Assembly (NCBI GenBank): GCA_964016885.1 | Contig: OZ024747.1 | Span: 32,984,001 to 33,048,000, forward strand | DNA from: Eledone cirrhosa | Taxonomy: Eukaryota | Direction of reading: 5' to 3' | DNA: 64,000 nucleotides | Shown: one piece after another, positions 61,600-64,000 of the stretch | Layout of the letters: each line of letters begins with the position of its first letter | How positions within the stretch are numbered: position 1 is the stretch's first letter | Program-made: the position numbers and the translations under genes | Notes under the pieces: generated by a model | What the model saw: only the letters and a program-made list of their open reading frames with translations | Databases searched by the model: none | What the model was told of the DNA's origin: nothing

Positions 61600-62740
61600 T
61601 ATCTTTAACTATTGCAACTTGGATCATAAGGACATTATAGGACTATAAAACTTCTGAGAGACCTGAACAATAAAGATATATTGTTGCACCAAAACATCAT
61701 CTTTTCAATGTAGTCATTACAGCATTAACTGAAACTAGAAAAGCTTGTAAAATTAACATAACAGTGAATGGTGGAGGTTACAGTATTTAGAAAAGAAGAC
61801 CAGCTGCTGAACTACATATAGATTGAATGTTTCACATAAATACAACTTTGGTTAAGAAATTCAATATTTTACCAATATTGAATTCCTTTCTTAAACAATC
61901 AATTCTTCAGTGTCATCGGTGATTATTCTTCAATTCTTGTGGATAATATAGAAACAGATGTGAACTATAAATCTCTACAGGCAGTTCTGCCACCTACTAA
62001 TCCTCCTCCTTCAATATATTGATGCATGTGTTGAAAGGGATCATGCTGACCACTATGGAAGACATGGAGTTGGTGAACGTAATTCAAATGGACTGTTATT
62101 TCTGAAACGCTGTTCATTATTGAAACTAACTGTAACTAATATCATTTCCCTCCAAAATAATTGTTTCTACTTTTGGCACAAGGCCAGCAATTACCCAGTG
62201 CATTACTGGTACTTTATTTTATCGATCCCGTAAGGATGAAAGGCAAAGTTAACCTCGGCGGGAGCTGAACTCAGATCATAAAGGGCCGTAACTCTATGCT
62301 GCAAAGCATGGTGTCTGACTCTCTACCGATACTGCCAATCCAACGCCCTAAATATATCAAATAATACTACAGGAAACTATAAAATTAGAGAAAGAAATTG
62401 TATGTTAAACATCTTCAAGATACCAAATGTTAGCACCAAATATCATAGAATTTTGTGAAATAATCTCTGTAATCAACCAATTTGTAGGATTCTACTTGAA
62501 AAGATATATTTTATCAGTAGTTTTAATGCTGAAGAAAATCTTGGTTAACTTCATAGAGAGCAATCTAACTTATTTGATAAAAACGACCACGCAATAAAAT
62601 ATCTGATTACTAAAAAGCAAAAAGCATCACTTAGCATTGAGAACATATTCTAAAGTCTAAGACAAGGTTTATCAAGAAATGCAGACAGAAACACAAAGCG
62701 AACTTAGAAATATATAGAAGTAATAGTGGATTAACAAAGC
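61600..62740 (+). mobile_element. Old RTE/BovB-like APE fragment interrupted by a SINE
   Basis: LTIATWxxRTL and GRHGVGERNSNGLLFL…LTVTN. Confidence 0.7.
62158..62345 (-). mobile_element. Meta-type SINE
   Basis: Close match to the 18353 and 32880 copies. Confidence 0.9.
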
Positions 62741-64000
62741 CAGAGGCCATCATTCATTTGCATTCATAACTTTTATTTCAAGTACACAGCTGTGTTTATG
62801 ATACTGCTAGTGCTCATTAAATCTGTCTTTGAATGAAAGAAACCCTTGTGTGATTTTAGTTTGTGAATGATGCCTGAGTATGTATCTGTAGAAGTTTTAA
62901 TTTGTTCACATTTTCTATGTTGTAAAAATGCTGAATTTGGAAGCTAGATTTATAAATTGTTCAAATCTTGTGCTATTTATAAGAGTAGTTACAACTGGTA
63001 GATAATATTAGCAATTGGAAAGATTAATGGGAACATTGTTTACTTGGTCCAATCTGACGAGTTCCATCTCTTACTGAATGAGGTCTGGGATCTTGTTGAT
63101 TCAGATCATAATAGTTTATAACAGAATTTAAAAACATGAATTAGCATCCATCTCTGGATTATTTTAGTCAATCAAATATTCCTTCATCTTCTGCAATTTC
63201 ATTATGGAATCTTTAACATTTATATTCTTACTGTTGCTCAACTTCTGAATTGGCATTACATTTTCAAACTGACTTCAGATTTATATTACTTTTATATGGT
63301 TTAATACGTCAGAAAATAGAAAGCCATCTCCAGATATAGATAAGTTTTCTGTAAAAATATGAATAATTTTAAATACAGCATTTCTAAAGTATTTTTTAAA
63401 GCTGGTGGGGGTCCATCTCTTCTCCAAGTCTGAATAAAGCAGGTTTCTTCCAGAAAAAAAGATAGAGAATGTGAGAAAATATAAGTGAGAAAGTGATAGA
63501 GGAAGAAGTGACCCCAGTACTAAACTGGTACTTTTATTTTATTGATCTTGAATAGATAACAAAGTTGATCACAGAGCAGAGAACTGAAATGAATACCACA
63601 AAGCATTCTATCTGCTCTGTATTCTAATGATTCTGTCAATTCGCCTCTTACAACCTTTAGTACAGAGATTTTCTTGTATAACCTTTGACTCAGTGAACTG
63701 TTTAGGAGTGTAGTATTTTATCTCACCATCCATTCTTGTTGAATCTCCCAGCACTAGTAGTTGTGGAACAACTACTAGTGCTGGGAGATTCAACAAGATG
63801 AGCTCTGCTGCTGGCTTTCTGGAGATCAGTCTAGTATCACAAGGTTTCTTCAGAATCTGTACAAAGTATCTAATATGACTACATTGTTCTTCTTCTAACA
63901 GGTAAATTGCCAAAGAAATAAGTATAGAGATGTTCTAAAGTTTAAAAAAGCAATTTGTTTTGAATATTGGAGCTTACAGTATCAATTAAAACCAATTTTA

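Larger units (their letters stand above)
60674..63913 (-). pseudogene. Possible decayed intronless coding sequence of unknown family, fragmented by TE insertions
   Basis: Protein-like, mostly open minus-strand frames at 63608-63913, ~62800-63450, ~61275-61510 and 60674-60850. No family motif recognised. Confidence 0.35.

Overview
AT-rich, repeat-dense eukaryotic intergenic DNA, most likely from an octopod cephalopod. That assignment is inferred from the octopus-type tRNA-derived SINEs, the abundant (TA)n tracts and the RTE load. No intact host gene is supported. The window holds many decayed RTE-clade LINEs whose ORF2 carries a PHD finger inside the RT C-terminal region, plus a CR1 LINE, a Tx1/L1-type LINE, a Naiad-type Penelope-like element (PLE), CRE-type fragments, a mariner fragment, a Helitron end and several SINE families. 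The main observation is about 14 type I hammerhead ribozyme (HHR) motifs from roughly 9 sequence families, found and folded by eye. At least four families sit in non-coding monomers of about 420-600 nt. These are integrated as partial tandems (the 3' end is repeated upstream), sometimes with an inverted 5' arm, and end at TA-rich tracts. They look like a diverse retrozyme-like system probably mobilised by PLE reverse transcriptase. One family uses a compensatory U3-A8 catalytic core (UUGAUAA). Ribozyme activity and expression are untested.
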